A stretch of DNA of 64,000 bases from a virus: positions 55,475 to 119,474 of the IMG/VR virus record IMGVR_UViG_3300025889_017816. One strand, given 5' to 3'. The notes beneath the pieces were generated by a model that did no database searches, was not told where the DNA came from, and saw only the letters and a list, made by a program, of their open reading frames with translations. Position 1 is the first letter of the stretch, and every line of letters begins with the position of its first letter. The translations under genes and the position numbers were made by a program. Positions 19,130 to 29,501 of this stretch are shown here, piece after piece.

Positions 19130-19635
19130 GCACCATCCGCTAATTCATAAAAAATGTGATTTCCTATTTGTTCAATTTGTTTTGCATAAGGCCATTTTGG
19201 ATTTACATATGATGCATGAAAAAATAAAGCATCTTTTAAAATATCCAATTCTAAATTATCATTTAGAAATTTTTCTGCCAAAATATAAGTTTCATTGAAA
19301 AGATGTGGTTCAAATCTTGTTCTTGCTCCACAAGTCCAAGAAAACTGACACCCTACATCATTTCTTTGAAAAACAACCTCACAAATAGAATTAGGATATT
19401 GTTTATTTCTAACTCTATTCATAGTAACTGTAGCAACTGCTAATTTTCCTTCATAAGGTTCATTCAATGACTCAAAGAAAATATTTTGAGCCAAACAATT
19501 TATTTCTGAACCTTCAAATTCAGATTTTTCAACAATTACCTCAACTACAGGAGGTAAAGTATTTGGAATATTAGTTGGAAAAACTATTAATACTAAAGAC
19601 GATAGTACCAAAGTTATAATAATATATCTCATCAT
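19126..19635 (-). CDS. Cell wall hydrolase (SleB/Hydrolase_2) with N-terminal membrane anchor
   Basis: CLAQNIFFES..EP..GKLAVATVTMNRV....YPNSICEVVFQ...QFSW, IGNHIFY; start moved to 19635 after AAGGGAGG. Confidence 0.88.
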   Translation of the reverse strand: MMRYIIITLVLSSLVLIVFPTNIPNTLPPVVEVIVEKSEFEGSEINCLAQNIFFESLNEPYEGKLAVATVTMNRVRNKQYPNSICEVVFQRNDVGCQFSWTCGARTRFEPHLFNETYILAEKFLNDNLELDILKDALFFHASYVNPKWPYAKQIEQIGNHIFYELADGA

Positions 19636-19656
19636 AAGTACCTCCCTTATTGATGT

Positions 19657-19685
19657 AATATAATACATTACAATTGGTTTGTCAA
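19657..19685 (-). promoter_or_regulatory. Sigma70-type promoter TTGACA-17-TATATT
   Basis: Near-consensus boxes with 17-bp spacing upstream of the SleB gene. Confidence 0.75.
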
Positions 19686-20338
19686 GGTTTAAGTTCGAAA
19701 AGGTCCCGGTAGTATAAAAGACCTTCTACAAAATCATCCCTTTTGCCTTGAAAAGTTTGGACAAACCCATCTTCGACTACGATAATAATTGTTAAACGAT
19801 TGATAGGTATATTGGTTCTTTCTTCGAACATTATTGCATATGCTGAGGCTTGCATAAAATAATGCAAAATGTGTTCTTTATCTTTTTCTCTTCTGGCAGT
19901 TTTAAAATCTATGATAGATAATTTACCATCATATTCAGCTATACAATCTACACGTCCTGCTAATCGTAAATGATCAGAATATAACGGCGCCTCAAGGGAC
20001 CTTATATTATTTATTCTATCAAGTTCCGGGAGTATGACAGAAAACATCTCCTTTTCCATTAGAGATATGTTTTCTAACTCCTCATTATTGAGGTAATTTT
20101 CAATAATGTTATGTATCCTTGTTCCTCTGTTGGCTGCCTGTTTAGATATTTTATTTGCTTCTTCCTCACCAACACGTTTGCGCCATTCTTGTATACCTTG
20201 TTTAGTATGTTCAGATAACACCGTGGTGACGGAAGGGTAGGATTTACCTTCAGGAGTTTGGTAAACCCTACCCTTCTCGGTCGTGTAAGCAGTCAAATCC
20301 TGTAACTCAACAGGAACATGATTAAATTTTTTCATCAC
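19682..20338 (-). CDS. PD-(D/E)XK exonuclease of T4-like phages
   Basis: YPSVTTVL, WRKRVGEEEA, RGTRIH, AGRVDCIAEYDG.LSIIDFKT, YFMQASAYA. Confidence 0.88.
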   Translation of the reverse strand: MMKKFNHVPVELQDLTAYTTEKGRVYQTPEGKSYPSVTTVLSEHTKQGIQEWRKRVGEEEANKISKQAANRGTRIHNIIENYLNNEELENISLMEKEMFSVILPELDRINNIRSLEAPLYSDHLRLAGRVDCIAEYDGKLSIIDFKTARREKDKEHILHYFMQASAYAIMFEERTNIPINRLTIIIVVEDGFVQTFQGKRDDFVEGLLYYRDLFELKP

Positions 20339-20364
20339 ACCTCAACTTGTTTAATCATACTATT

Positions 20365-20393
20365 AATGTAATAATAATTTATTGTTATGTCAA
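20365..20393 (-). promoter_or_regulatory. Sigma70-type promoter TTGACA-17-TACATT
   Basis: Near-consensus boxes and spacing upstream of the exonuclease. Confidence 0.7.
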
Positions 20394-21136
20394 GATGCCA
20401 TTAACACCATATCGTCGTAGGCCAATCTTGCTAAAATATATTCTTTAACAAGGTTGCTTCTAACAATATCGGTGATTTCAAATTCTAGCATTTTGAATGT
20501 TGACATATGTTTTGTTATACTTATAAACTTATTTAACCCAGACATATCCTGTTTTCTATAAAGATCTGTTTGCCTAAAATCTCCACAAAATATAATTTTA
20601 GAATGTTTGCCAATACGGGTCATGATACTATTAATTTCCATATCGTTCATGTTTTGACATTCATCAACAATAACAATGGAATTATCCATTGTTAATCCTC
20701 TTACATACGATGTTGTCATGAATTCAATTACTCCTTGTTCCATTAATTTCATGTATGCAATTTTTCCAAATCTAGGAATTAAATCTGAACAAATATCCTG
20801 ATATGGTCGAGAATATATTTCAGTTTTTTCTTTTTCGTTTCCTGGCAAAAATCCTATGTCTCTGGATGGAACTGCTGATCTTACTATAACAATTTTTTCG
20901 AACTCTGAGGTTTCCTTTAAAACCTCATTTAATGCATTGTACAATGCGATATATGTCTTACCTGTTCCTGCTACGCCATGCAATAATATAGCTTCAGTAC
21001 CCTTGTTGTAAAGTTTATAGAATTTGTCTTGGTTAATTGTTAATGGTTTGATTGGTTTTAAATCTCCTTTGATAATTAAATTAGGGTTTCTACCATTAGA
21101 ATTTTTAACACTTTGGCGATTTTTTTTACGGGACAT
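20390..21136 (-). CDS. phoH: PhoH-like ATPase
   Basis: GVAGTGKT, IVRSAV..RDIGFLPG, YVRGLT, IVDECQN, GDFRQTDL, DIVRS.LV; start moved to ATG 21136 (MSRKK). Confidence 0.93.
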   Translation of the reverse strand: MSRKKNRQSVKNSNGRNPNLIIKGDLKPIKPLTINQDKFYKLYNKGTEAILLHGVAGTGKTYIALYNALNEVLKETSEFEKIVIVRSAVPSRDIGFLPGNEKEKTEIYSRPYQDICSDLIPRFGKIAYMKLMEQGVIEFMTTSYVRGLTMDNSIVIVDECQNMNDMEINSIMTRIGKHSKIIFCGDFRQTDLYRKQDMSGLNKFISITKHMSTFKMLEFEITDIVRSNLVKEYILARLAYDDMVLMAS

Positions 21137-21157
21137 TTTAGACTCGCTAGTTAGGGT

Positions 21158-21196
21158 AAAAAAATAACTCCCCCAGTGCTTAAGCACCAAGGGAGT
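21158..21196 (-). terminator. Probable rho-independent terminator after the FmdB gene
   Basis: ACTCCC..GTGCTTAAGCAC..GGGAGT hairpin followed by a T-run on the - strand. Confidence 0.6.
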
Positions 21197-21219
21197 ATGT
21201 TTAAGTTATTTCGTACTTT

Positions 21220-21486
21220 TTAAAAGTCGAAACTGCTGTTGCTAAGTGTGTTGCCTCTGTTATTTGATTCAATTTTTTGCATCACCTCTTTGAAGCCCCC
21301 ATCGGGTCTTCTGATTCCTAGTCTTACCGGGTCTCCTAAAGCAGGAGCGGAAAATATAACCTTCTTGACCTGAACCTCACCACAATTAGGACATGGTTCC
21401 TCCTCGGGTTGTTTCATGTTAGGAATGCTCAATATCTTTTCAAAATAATGTTCACATTTGTCACACTTGTATTCATAGTTAGGCAT
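21220..21486 (-). CDS. FmdB-family zinc-ribbon protein
   Basis: MPNYEYKCDKC...PCPNCG, PDGGFKEVM; start moved to 21486. Confidence 0.85.
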   Translation of the reverse strand: MPNYEYKCDKCEHYFEKILSIPNMKQPEEEPCPNCGEVQVKKVIFSAPALGDPVRLGIRRPDGGFKEVMQKIESNNRGNTLSNSSFDF

Positions 21487-21518
21487 ATTTTTATTTATCT
21501 CATCGGGTTTTTTACGGT

Positions 21519-22811
21519 TCACTTAATCTTCTTGGAAGAATCTGCTTCGGTTTTATCCTCACGAATTTCAAGGAAAACAGGGAGGAACAAACTCTCAGTA
21601 TCAGAATTCTTGTCCTTGATTCTTGCATTATATTTAACTGCAACAATCTTACCTACAGTATTATCTACTGTGTATTTATCACGCTGTTCATCCGTAAATC
21701 CACTACCAACATTAACACGAATTTTCTTGTCAGCAGATTCAAGAACGAGAGCACCTAACTTACCAACATTCTTACCTGTACCTTCTTGCCAATCAACACA
21801 AAGCAAATCACAATCTAACTCACCCTTAAACTTAATTTGATGAGTAGCACGCTTGTCTTCCCATGGACTATTGATATTTTTTAGGATGATACCTTCCTCA
21901 CCCTTGTTAAAATATTCCTGAAACAGTGTGTTAGCCTGATCTTCAGATACTACCTCATGATTTTCAATGATGGAAATTCTATGAACAGCCTTGTTTGGAT
22001 CAACACCTAGCAACTTAGAAAATCTTTGTACATAAGGTGTGTTACAAACACCAACCTTGAAATCTTGTAGAGGAATAATGTCCCAAATAGTAGCATAAAC
22101 CATATTTGCTTCCTTGAGAGAGATAGTTCCCTTTACTGCCTTATTAAGGATACCATTACCCTTTTGTCGGTTCATAATAGAACCATCTACTTCCTTAACA
22201 ATAAGCTCTCCATCAAACACACAATTTTCTGTCCCTGCATATGCAAGAAAAGCCTGATTTAATACATCATGAAGCTCTATGCTTTTTCCGTTTCTTGACT
22301 TTAATTCAATTTTCCCATTTTCTACAATAGCATTGAAACGCATCCCATCTAACTTTAGTTGAACATATGCGGGATATTCCATTCTAGCCATTAACTTCTC
22401 GCTGTATCCAGAAGCTAACATAACAGGGTAGGTTGGGATAAGATTAGGAAAAATTTTGTTAACAGTTGCGGTAGAAACACCACACTTCAAATCCTTAGAA
22501 ATAATCCTGGTAACAATGTCTGCATCTTCAGGATGAATATTTTCAAGAATCCAAGTAAGTCGGTCAATGGCAGCATTACCTGTGATTTTTCTTGTATAAA
22601 TTTCTTCCAGATGAAAAAACACATCGTCCCAATTTAGATTAAAGGACTTGTTTTCGTATGCTGGGATCTTTCTTATGTAAAACTGAGTATAAGGATCCAG
22701 AGCAAGAAACATTACCTTCTGTAAGGTTTCATTCATGAAATTAGACCGAAGAATATCCTCCTTGTCTAATCTAGAAGAAGTTGATTCTAATGCCTTGAAA
22801 ATATGATACAT
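21519..22811 (-). CDS. gp30: ATP-dependent DNA ligase gp30
   Basis: KLDGMR, FDGEL, EGIILK, KFK motifs and OB domain (VGSGFTD). Confidence 0.95.
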   Translation of the reverse strand: MYHIFKALESTSSRLDKEDILRSNFMNETLQKVMFLALDPYTQFYIRKIPAYENKSFNLNWDDVFFHLEEIYTRKITGNAAIDRLTWILENIHPEDADIVTRIISKDLKCGVSTATVNKIFPNLIPTYPVMLASGYSEKLMARMEYPAYVQLKLDGMRFNAIVENGKIELKSRNGKSIELHDVLNQAFLAYAGTENCVFDGELIVKEVDGSIMNRQKGNGILNKAVKGTISLKEANMVYATIWDIIPLQDFKVGVCNTPYVQRFSKLLGVDPNKAVHRISIIENHEVVSEDQANTLFQEYFNKGEEGIILKNINSPWEDKRATHQIKFKGELDCDLLCVDWQEGTGKNVGKLGALVLESADKKIRVNVGSGFTDEQRDKYTVDNTVGKIVAVKYNARIKDKNSDTESLFLPVFLEIREDKTEADSSKKIK

Positions 22812-22843
22812 ATATTTCTCCTTGAAGAATCCATTTCTACTTA

Positions 22844-22872
22844 AATATAATACTTCAGGAGTGTTTTGTCAA
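22844..22872 (-). promoter_or_regulatory. Sigma70-type promoter TTGACA-17-TATATT
   Basis: Near-consensus boxes upstream of the ligase, followed by AAGGAG. Confidence 0.75.
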
Positions 22873-22875
22873 GTG

Positions 22876-24348
22876 CTATAAAACCAAAATATCGTAAACA
22901 TTACTAAATTCTGTGGCATCCTCTATGGTATTAACCATTGGTTTTCCACGAATATTTAAACTGGTATTTAAAATCATTGGACAACCAGTTTCCTGTTCCC
23001 ATAATTTCAAGAATTTATTAAACCCTGGAGAATCATATTCTGAAACAGTTTGGACTCTAGAGCTTCCATCATGATGTATGATGGCTGGGAATTCATCTGG
23101 TTTTTTACATTGCATTGTGTATTGCATATATGGACTTTCAGAGGTACACATATGAAAATAATTTGATGCTTCTTTTTTAAGGATGGCGGGAGCAAAAGGT
23201 CTGAATTTTTGTCTACGTTTAATTTCGTTTACTTTATCTTTTATTTCAGGACCTCTAGGATCAGCCAGTAAACTTCTGTGACCTAAAGCTCTTGGTCCAA
23301 ACTCTGCTCTACCATTAGCAATACCAACAATTTTATGTTTTTTTAAAGCATCTACTAATTGTTCGGCTGGATACTTACCTTTAATATCATGTCCTAAAAA
23401 TGCATTATTAAAAAGCATAGATTGTTTTCTTTGAGCAGCAACCGCACCCAAACTGTTACCTGCATCACCTGGGTTAGGCATGATCCACACATTTTTGAAA
23501 TAAGTATGTGCAATAGAATTAGCTACACAATTTAATGCACATCCACCCGCAAGAACTAAATTATCCGATGGTACTAATTCTTTGGCTTTGTGCAACAAAT
23601 CATGAAAATATAATTCATAAACAAATTGTGTGGCTGCTGCAATATCATACTTATCTTGTTCAGAAGATAGTTCGCGCCTCCACCATTTACAACCACGATG
23701 AAGGTTTTCCTTTAACTTAAGATCATGTTTTGTATCAAAGAAGTCTTCCAATATTATTGGAGCATACTTGGATGCGTCTCCATATGCAGCCATACCCATC
23801 AAAATATATTCTTCTTCGTTTGGTTTTAATCCAACACGTTGGGTCATTGCAGAATACCACAATCCTAAACTATGGGGATATTTAACACTAAATTTCTTGT
23901 GTAATTTTTTATTTTTTCCTTCCCATATTGTTGTGGTATCAAATTCACCTATGGCATCAATCACTAAAATGGCAGCATCAGGAAACAAAGAAGTATAATA
24001 ACCACCTGCTGCATGACTTTCGTGGTGATTACCGAACGTTAAATATTTTGGGTCAATATTATATTTCAGTAAATAATCTCTAAAATTATTTTCTTTCCCT
24101 AACCACCCTTGACCTGACATGAATTGTCGGAATGTTTTTGTAAATGGATTTTCATACCATACTACTTCATCTGGTTTGCCAAAATACAAAGCATCTGAAA
24201 TTAAATCATGGTGTAAATGAGCATCATTCTTTTTTCTTGAATAACGTTCACTTTGTGCGGCAAAAAGTATGGTGTTGTGTTTATCCACAACCGTGATTGC
24301 TGCATCATGGCTATTTGCTGATATTCCCCAACTAATCATATTATTCAT
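22876..24348 (-). CDS. Carbamoyltransferase (NodU/CmcH/TobZ family)
   Basis: HDAA, ERYSR.KND, HHESHAA, DAIGE, GGCALNC.AN, EFGPRALGHRS, FRPFAP, LNTSLN. Confidence 0.95.
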   Translation of the reverse strand: MNNMISWGISANSHDAAITVVDKHNTILFAAQSERYSRKKNDAHLHHDLISDALYFGKPDEVVWYENPFTKTFRQFMSGQGWLGKENNFRDYLLKYNIDPKYLTFGNHHESHAAGGYYTSLFPDAAILVIDAIGEFDTTTIWEGKNKKLHKKFSVKYPHSLGLWYSAMTQRVGLKPNEEEYILMGMAAYGDASKYAPIILEDFFDTKHDLKLKENLHRGCKWWRRELSSEQDKYDIAAATQFVYELYFHDLLHKAKELVPSDNLVLAGGCALNCVANSIAHTYFKNVWIMPNPGDAGNSLGAVAAQRKQSMLFNNAFLGHDIKGKYPAEQLVDALKKHKIVGIANGRAEFGPRALGHRSLLADPRGPEIKDKVNEIKRRQKFRPFAPAILKKEASNYFHMCTSESPYMQYTMQCKKPDEFPAIIHHDGSSRVQTVSEYDSPGFNKFLKLWEQETGCPMILNTSLNIRGKPMVNTIEDATEFSNVYDILVL

Positions 24349-24349
24349 A

Positions 24350-25213
24350 TTATAACATTTTTTCTATTTTAGGTAAGATATGCTGCTCTAAAAAATTTTT
24401 ATGTGCTTCGGGGCCTGGATGAACAGTATCTAATAATTTATAATTGTTTTTTTCTGTGAATTCCAATAAAGGTTCCATTACCCAATTATCAAAATTGATA
24501 CAATCATAAAGAGGTTTTAAAAAATTATATTTTTTATAACAAATATCTTTCTTGATTTTTTTAAAGTGAAAATCATAATCAGGATAATAGAAAAAATCTA
24601 TAGCCATCATATTCAACATTTTGATGTTATTTTTTTCACAAAAATATTGTAGTAATAAAATATTATTAAATGTTTCTAACAATTCACTTCCGGAAGAGTG
24701 GTAGGTATCGTACCAAGGTTTAACAAATTTATCAATTTCTGGGTACCAACCGAATTCATATGTACCACCAGGACTTCCTACAGCCCAAAATTCATTAATA
24801 TTTGTTGTTTCTTCTTTTGAAAAGGACTTTAAGGCGACATGATGATAGGTTCGGTTTGGAAAGGGAAAAATATCTAAAAATATAGGATTTAAAACTGGTA
24901 ATGGTTCTCTTTTTAATAAGATTGGATCATAAACATATAAATCTGAACCATACATTTCTTCCCTGTCTATTAAAAATAATTTTCTAGGAGGATAGGTCCA
25001 AAGAACAGCTAGAAAAATTTCATTGGAGTTATATCCTTTTTCAAATGCTGTTTGAATACCATGTATTGAACTTCTGGTAATCCATTCATTTCCATATGAA
25101 GGCATAGCAAGATTGTGTATAGGAACCATCAAATGCTCAGCCAATCTATTATTCCAATCAGGGTGCTCGGATGAAAAGCTATCACCACTTGTTATTAGTA
25201 TTTTAATTTCCAT
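24350..25213 (-). CDS. SGNH/GDSL-like protein
   Basis: N-terminal GDSFS, NLA...GNEWI, C-terminal DTVHP. Confidence 0.6.
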   Translation of the reverse strand: MEIKILITSGDSFSSEHPDWNNRLAEHLMVPIHNLAMPSYGNEWITRSSIHGIQTAFEKGYNSNEIFLAVLWTYPPRKLFLIDREEMYGSDLYVYDPILLKREPLPVLNPIFLDIFPFPNRTYHHVALKSFSKEETTNINEFWAVGSPGGTYEFGWYPEIDKFVKPWYDTYHSSGSELLETFNNILLLQYFCEKNNIKMLNMMAIDFFYYPDYDFHFKKIKKDICYKKYNFLKPLYDCINFDNWVMEPLLEFTEKNNYKLLDTVHPGPEAHKNFLEQHILPKIEKML

Positions 25214-25998
25214 TATAACTGTTCTTTAATTTTTAAATAATGGTTAAACAAATATTCTGCAACCAATGAATGTCCAAAATCATTATAATGGCTGAGATCT
25301 AGTTCTCCGGTAATACTGTCATAACCTAGCATAATATTTTGCCAAGATTCTTCAGAATGTATGTGCTCATCTTCCATGTTCTTGTCTGTGTACATTAAAG
25401 TCGAACATTTATTACCTATTATCTGCTCGGCCATTTTTTCCCAAATATTGATTGCTCTATGCCAATATATTAGCAGTTTTATATTGTTCAACTGGCATAT
25501 TGATTCTATTAAGGTATGATAAACTTGCCATTTATGTAGGAAGAAAAGTTCGTTTTCTGCGGTTACGGATTCTAATGCGCTTATATATTTTGACATCATT
25601 ACTTGTTGAAAATCATTAGGGTTGACATTTTTATATGCTGGTAACCCAATCTTGAAATTGTAATACACATAATCTCCTAAATTGGATTCGCGTATTAATG
25701 GTAAATCCCCAGGAACGGCGGGGCCATGATCTTTTCGTCGTTGTTCTACATCATTTAAAAGAGTCGGAACCTCTTGGCGAGTAGGTTCTGGCCATTGTAT
25801 AATGACAAGATCACCGGAGACTAGTTTTCCGTTTGTAATAGCATCAACAACTTCTTTAATAACACGATCATTAGATCCGCAACCCTGTGCTAAATGCAAA
25901 TAGTTATACCCTAATTTTTCCGCAAGGACTACACCGTAAGGTCGTAGGACCTTACAATAATCTGAAAAACTACAACCACCTACTGCTAAAGTTGGCAT
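25213..25998 (-). CDS. SGNH/GDSL-like protein
   Basis: GGCSFS, AQGCGSNDR, VIIQW, C-terminal DLSHYN..GH. Confidence 0.6.
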   Translation of the reverse strand: MPTLAVGGCSFSDYCKVLRPYGVVLAEKLGYNYLHLAQGCGSNDRVIKEVVDAITNGKLVSGDLVIIQWPEPTRQEVPTLLNDVEQRRKDHGPAVPGDLPLIRESNLGDYVYYNFKIGLPAYKNVNPNDFQQVMMSKYISALESVTAENELFFLHKWQVYHTLIESICQLNNIKLLIYWHRAINIWEKMAEQIIGNKCSTLMYTDKNMEDEHIHSEESWQNIMLGYDSITGELDLSHYNDFGHSLVAEYLFNHYLKIKEQL

Positions 25999-27263
25999 TA
26001 TTTCCCCTCATAAAAAATTCTATACTTCTTTTTAAAAATTTGATTTACTGTATTTTTTAAATTTATAAAACTATCCTTCAAATGATCATTATTATAAAAA
26101 TGTTTCATGTTATGTTCTAAAATAGGTATATTTTTTAATATAATTTGATTTTTTTGTCTTCTTGATAAAGAAATCCATTTTTCCAATGATTGGTGAGCGC
26201 AAAAGAATCTTTCCTTATCATTTTCAATATCATCATAACTTTGATCTATACCATAAAAATCCGTTTCATATCCTAAAGTTTGTAAAAATTTTAAAACTCC
26301 TTTTTGTCCTAATAATATAAACGGATGTCCAGCAACTATAGGTTTAAAAACTTTTTCAGTTATAAACAATCCAGGGTCAAAAAAATTTGTTTCAGTTACG
26401 AAAGTTAATAAACTACTTTTATATATATCGTGATTAAATCTGGCTGTTTCATCCAAATATTCAATTTTTTGCGACCAATCACCGTCCACAAATATCGGCA
26501 AATTCTCCATCAAAATATCGGTAAAATATTTATGATTAATATCAAAATAATTTTCTACCAGCTCTTTCGGGGTCATTGTTTTATTAATATCACATAAACC
26601 ACTAACCACATTATTTTCAACTAAGTTTTTATCTATTAAATAAAACAAATGGAAAAACCGTTGTAATCTTCCGGTTCGGTTTAAACTATTAAAAGATTTT
26701 GCTTCCAAATCCCTTATTGCTTTTAATACCAGCGGATTTTTAGGTATCTTGTTTTCAAAATAAAAAAATCCTGCGAGACCATAACAATGAGCAATTCTTG
26801 GGGTTACCTTCTTTTTTATACACCAATTTTCATATTCATGATTAAATAATTTATCACCATTGAAAATTAAAACACTAAATGGAGGCAATTCATGCATTTT
26901 CATAAAATCATGAATTTTCTGAAACCCATTAGCTTTTTCATAATTTAAAGATTTTCCTTCTTCCGTATTATCTATCACTAATATTATTTGTTCCTGTTTT
27001 AAGGCCTTGATTGTTCTTTCTGGTATATGATTGAGTATATTTTCAGTATGAGGTGTCGCTCCCAGCCAAGTATCTGCATGTTCTCTAACTTTAATAAAAT
27101 AAATTCCTTTTTCAGGATAAGGTACTAATCTGCTACGAGACTCCTTAACAACAAAACCTGCCCGCCGTGCTTCTCCGATACTATGTAAAGAATAATCAAA
27201 AACTTCTTTTTCCAAATGACTTAAATTTCCTAAGTTTTTGTCATCATAATATGCTACAATCAT
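25998..27263 (-). CDS. GT10-like ('TEK' motif) putative glycosyltransferase
   Basis: SLNR, FVTET...FITEKVFKPI...HPFILLG...L..LGYET, DQSYD. Confidence 0.55.
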   Translation of the reverse strand: MIVAYYDDKNLGNLSHLEKEVFDYSLHSIGEARRAGFVVKESRSRLVPYPEKGIYFIKVREHADTWLGATPHTENILNHIPERTIKALKQEQIILVIDNTEEGKSLNYEKANGFQKIHDFMKMHELPPFSVLIFNGDKLFNHEYENWCIKKKVTPRIAHCYGLAGFFYFENKIPKNPLVLKAIRDLEAKSFNSLNRTGRLQRFFHLFYLIDKNLVENNVVSGLCDINKTMTPKELVENYFDINHKYFTDILMENLPIFVDGDWSQKIEYLDETARFNHDIYKSSLLTFVTETNFFDPGLFITEKVFKPIVAGHPFILLGQKGVLKFLQTLGYETDFYGIDQSYDDIENDKERFFCAHQSLEKWISLSRRQKNQIILKNIPILEHNMKHFYNNDHLKDSFINLKNTVNQIFKKKYRIFYEGK

Positions 27264-28312
27264 TGGTAATCACCATAAGTATCATTTCGTATAGTGTCCA
27301 ATGTAACACAATGTGGACCGCCACTCAAGGTTCTACAGTGTCTCAATCTAATAGGTAACACATCAAAACCGCTAGATTCTAATTGTTTTATGAGCGGTGT
27401 TTGTCTTTCTTCTACAGCAACTAAAGTTTCAGATAAACTTAAAACATTCATGCCTATCCACGGACTTGCTGCTGCCCAGTGTTCTTCATAAGGGGTTTCT
27501 ATAGGGTCAACACTCCAAATTTTTTCCCAATTTTTAAAATATGAAGGTAAATTATTTTCGTTTATTCTTTTAGGATTTAATAAAACTTTACCTGGAGCTA
27601 AAGGCAAAATAGTAGTATCAACATGAATAAAAGCATATATGTTTTCTAAAAGATGAACCTTATATTTTTCACCTAGAAATCTTTGTAGCCATTTTGCTCC
27701 TAGTATATTACCTGAATTTGATACTAAATAAAAAATGTCTTTTCCACACTTAATTACATTTGCAGCATCAAAAGCAATTTCATAATTTGTTAAGGTAGGT
27801 TTACTTAAATCTGTTCGGTCATATAACTTATTATCTAATTGCGGTTTTGGGGCAGATATCCAATTACTACCCGCATCAAAATATTTCTGAAATAAACTTC
27901 TATAAGCAAACGTTTCGAAGTATCTTGATCTAAGTGGCATAGGTGTTTCAATAATAGTATCACCTATAATTAATACACTATCTCTTGGACAATAAAGATA
28001 ATAGCCATCAGAAGTCCAATTTGGTGTTGAAAAAGTATCTGCACAATTTTTAATTTCAGGTCTATAAACAATAATACCTAGATTTTCCAATTGTGTTTGA
28101 AAAACATTCAAATCTTCTATGGTCTCTTCTATGATTTTAGAATCATAATAACCGCTGGGTAAATTATCGGTTTTTTCATAGTTTGCATAATCCACGCAAT
28201 GCATATCATGTTTTTTAATTGTAGGGATATGAGCAAATTCTGCTCTACCTAAAATTATTTCTTTTAAATCGCCCCATTCTGTGTGACAATTAATTTTGTT
28301 TAGTGTTTCCAT
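27260..28312 (-). CDS. Amidinotransferase (glycine/inosamine-phosphate amidinotransferase family)
   Basis: HTEWGDLKEIILG, CPRD, FDAAN, HVDTT, GGPHCVTLD catalytic motifs; start moved to 28312. Confidence 0.9.
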   Translation of the reverse strand: METLNKINCHTEWGDLKEIILGRAEFAHIPTIKKHDMHCVDYANYEKTDNLPSGYYDSKIIEETIEDLNVFQTQLENLGIIVYRPEIKNCADTFSTPNWTSDGYYLYCPRDSVLIIGDTIIETPMPLRSRYFETFAYRSLFQKYFDAGSNWISAPKPQLDNKLYDRTDLSKPTLTNYEIAFDAANVIKCGKDIFYLVSNSGNILGAKWLQRFLGEKYKVHLLENIYAFIHVDTTILPLAPGKVLLNPKRINENNLPSYFKNWEKIWSVDPIETPYEEHWAAASPWIGMNVLSLSETLVAVEERQTPLIKQLESSGFDVLPIRLRHCRTLSGGPHCVTLDTIRNDTYGDYQ

Positions 28313-28313
28313 T

Positions 28314-29501
28314 TTAAAATTTCCACGGCGTATGTCTGAAATCTGTGATTTCAAAAAATCTATTATAATTGTGCTCTACTATATCTTTTATATTTAATTG
28401 CCATTCATGCCATTGCTCTTCAGACAGATTACATAATCTTTCTATTTCGTCTACAATAGCAGCTAATCTTTTTTTAGGGTCAACAATCGTGTCATAATTC
28501 TCATTAATAAAGGGATGGAAGGTTTTATATCCTCTATCTCTTAATGCAGATAACATAAAAGCAGAACCAACCAAAATAAATGGATGTTTAACTGATATAG
28601 GTTTATAGGTTTTTTCTGTAAAAAATTTATGTGATTTATATTCACCATAAGTCCCCATAAAACCGGATTCGTGTGGATAAAAAATTGTTTCAGTTACAAC
28701 GGAAAAATAACTATTTTCAAAATACTCCAAATCTTTTGGTGTCATATCAACAGGATTATTTCTGAATTCTGAAACTCCACCCTCTAACCGTAGAGGTAAC
28801 ATATTTTCATTTTCTTTTATTGTATTGAATACTTTTTCCTCGTAAAAGGGATGTTGGAGTGAATCACCATAGTTATCTAACCACCTTTTAACCCAATTAA
28901 TATTTGGGGCGTAGCCTGCCCCCGCCATCGAATAAAAAGATTGATTTAATAAATTTTTATTTATAACCTTAGATAACAATTCCATTCTATGTAATCTTTC
29001 TACCTTATTAAAACATAGAAATTTTTTTTCTCTTTTTCCAATAAGATAAGAATCAGTTTTAATTTTTGTGCCTTGATAATCTCTAGCAATTTTTTCAAAA
29101 ACATAATAGGATATTATATTAATTCTCTCTCTGTAATTTAAACTATTGCAAAATTGATCATAACTTTTAGGACCGTCTAAAGTTCCAGTTGTTAAAAAAA
29201 TATTTGATGCATCAATGTCTGTATTTTCTATAACATTATGAATTTTTTTTATGAGAGATATATGTACGGCTTCCATTGAATTAAAAAATATTATTTTTTT
29301 ATTTTCCTTTAAAACGGCTAGAATAATTTCTTTCAATTCTTCATCGGTAAATCTATTAATTTTGTCAGCATAAGCGATAATAATGAAAAAATCATTTTGA
29401 AGTTCGCTCAATTCCTTATAAATCAAAACTAGCAGAAGGAAATAGGTATCTGATTCCTCCTGTAAAAAAGTATATTTTTGATTTATTTCCTGTAGGTTCA
29501 T
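28314..29501 (-). CDS. GT10-like ('TEK' motif) putative glycosyltransferase
   Basis: FLCFNK..R.HR, FSVVTET...FFTEKTYKPI..KHPFILVG, GYKTF...NENYD. Confidence 0.55.
   Translation of the reverse strand: MNLQEINQKYTFLQEESDTYFLLLVLIYKELSELQNDFFIIIAYADKINRFTDEELKEIILAVLKENKKIIFFNSMEAVHISLIKKIHNVIENTDIDASNIFLTTGTLDGPKSYDQFCNSLNYRERINIISYYVFEKIARDYQGTKIKTDSYLIGKREKKFLCFNKVERLHRMELLSKVINKNLLNQSFYSMAGAGYAPNINWVKRWLDNYGDSLQHPFYEEKVFNTIKENENMLPLRLEGGVSEFRNNPVDMTPKDLEYFENSYFSVVTETIFYPHESGFMGTYGEYKSHKFFTEKTYKPISVKHPFILVGSAFMLSALRDRGYKTFHPFINENYDTIVDPKKRLAAIVDEIERLCNLSEEQWHEWQLNIKDIVEHNYNRFFEITDFRHTPWKF

Noticed and set aside
19682-20338. Cas4 as part of a CRISPR system
   Set aside because: No four-Cys Fe-S motif and no cas context; it is the usual T4-like exonuclease next to phoH.
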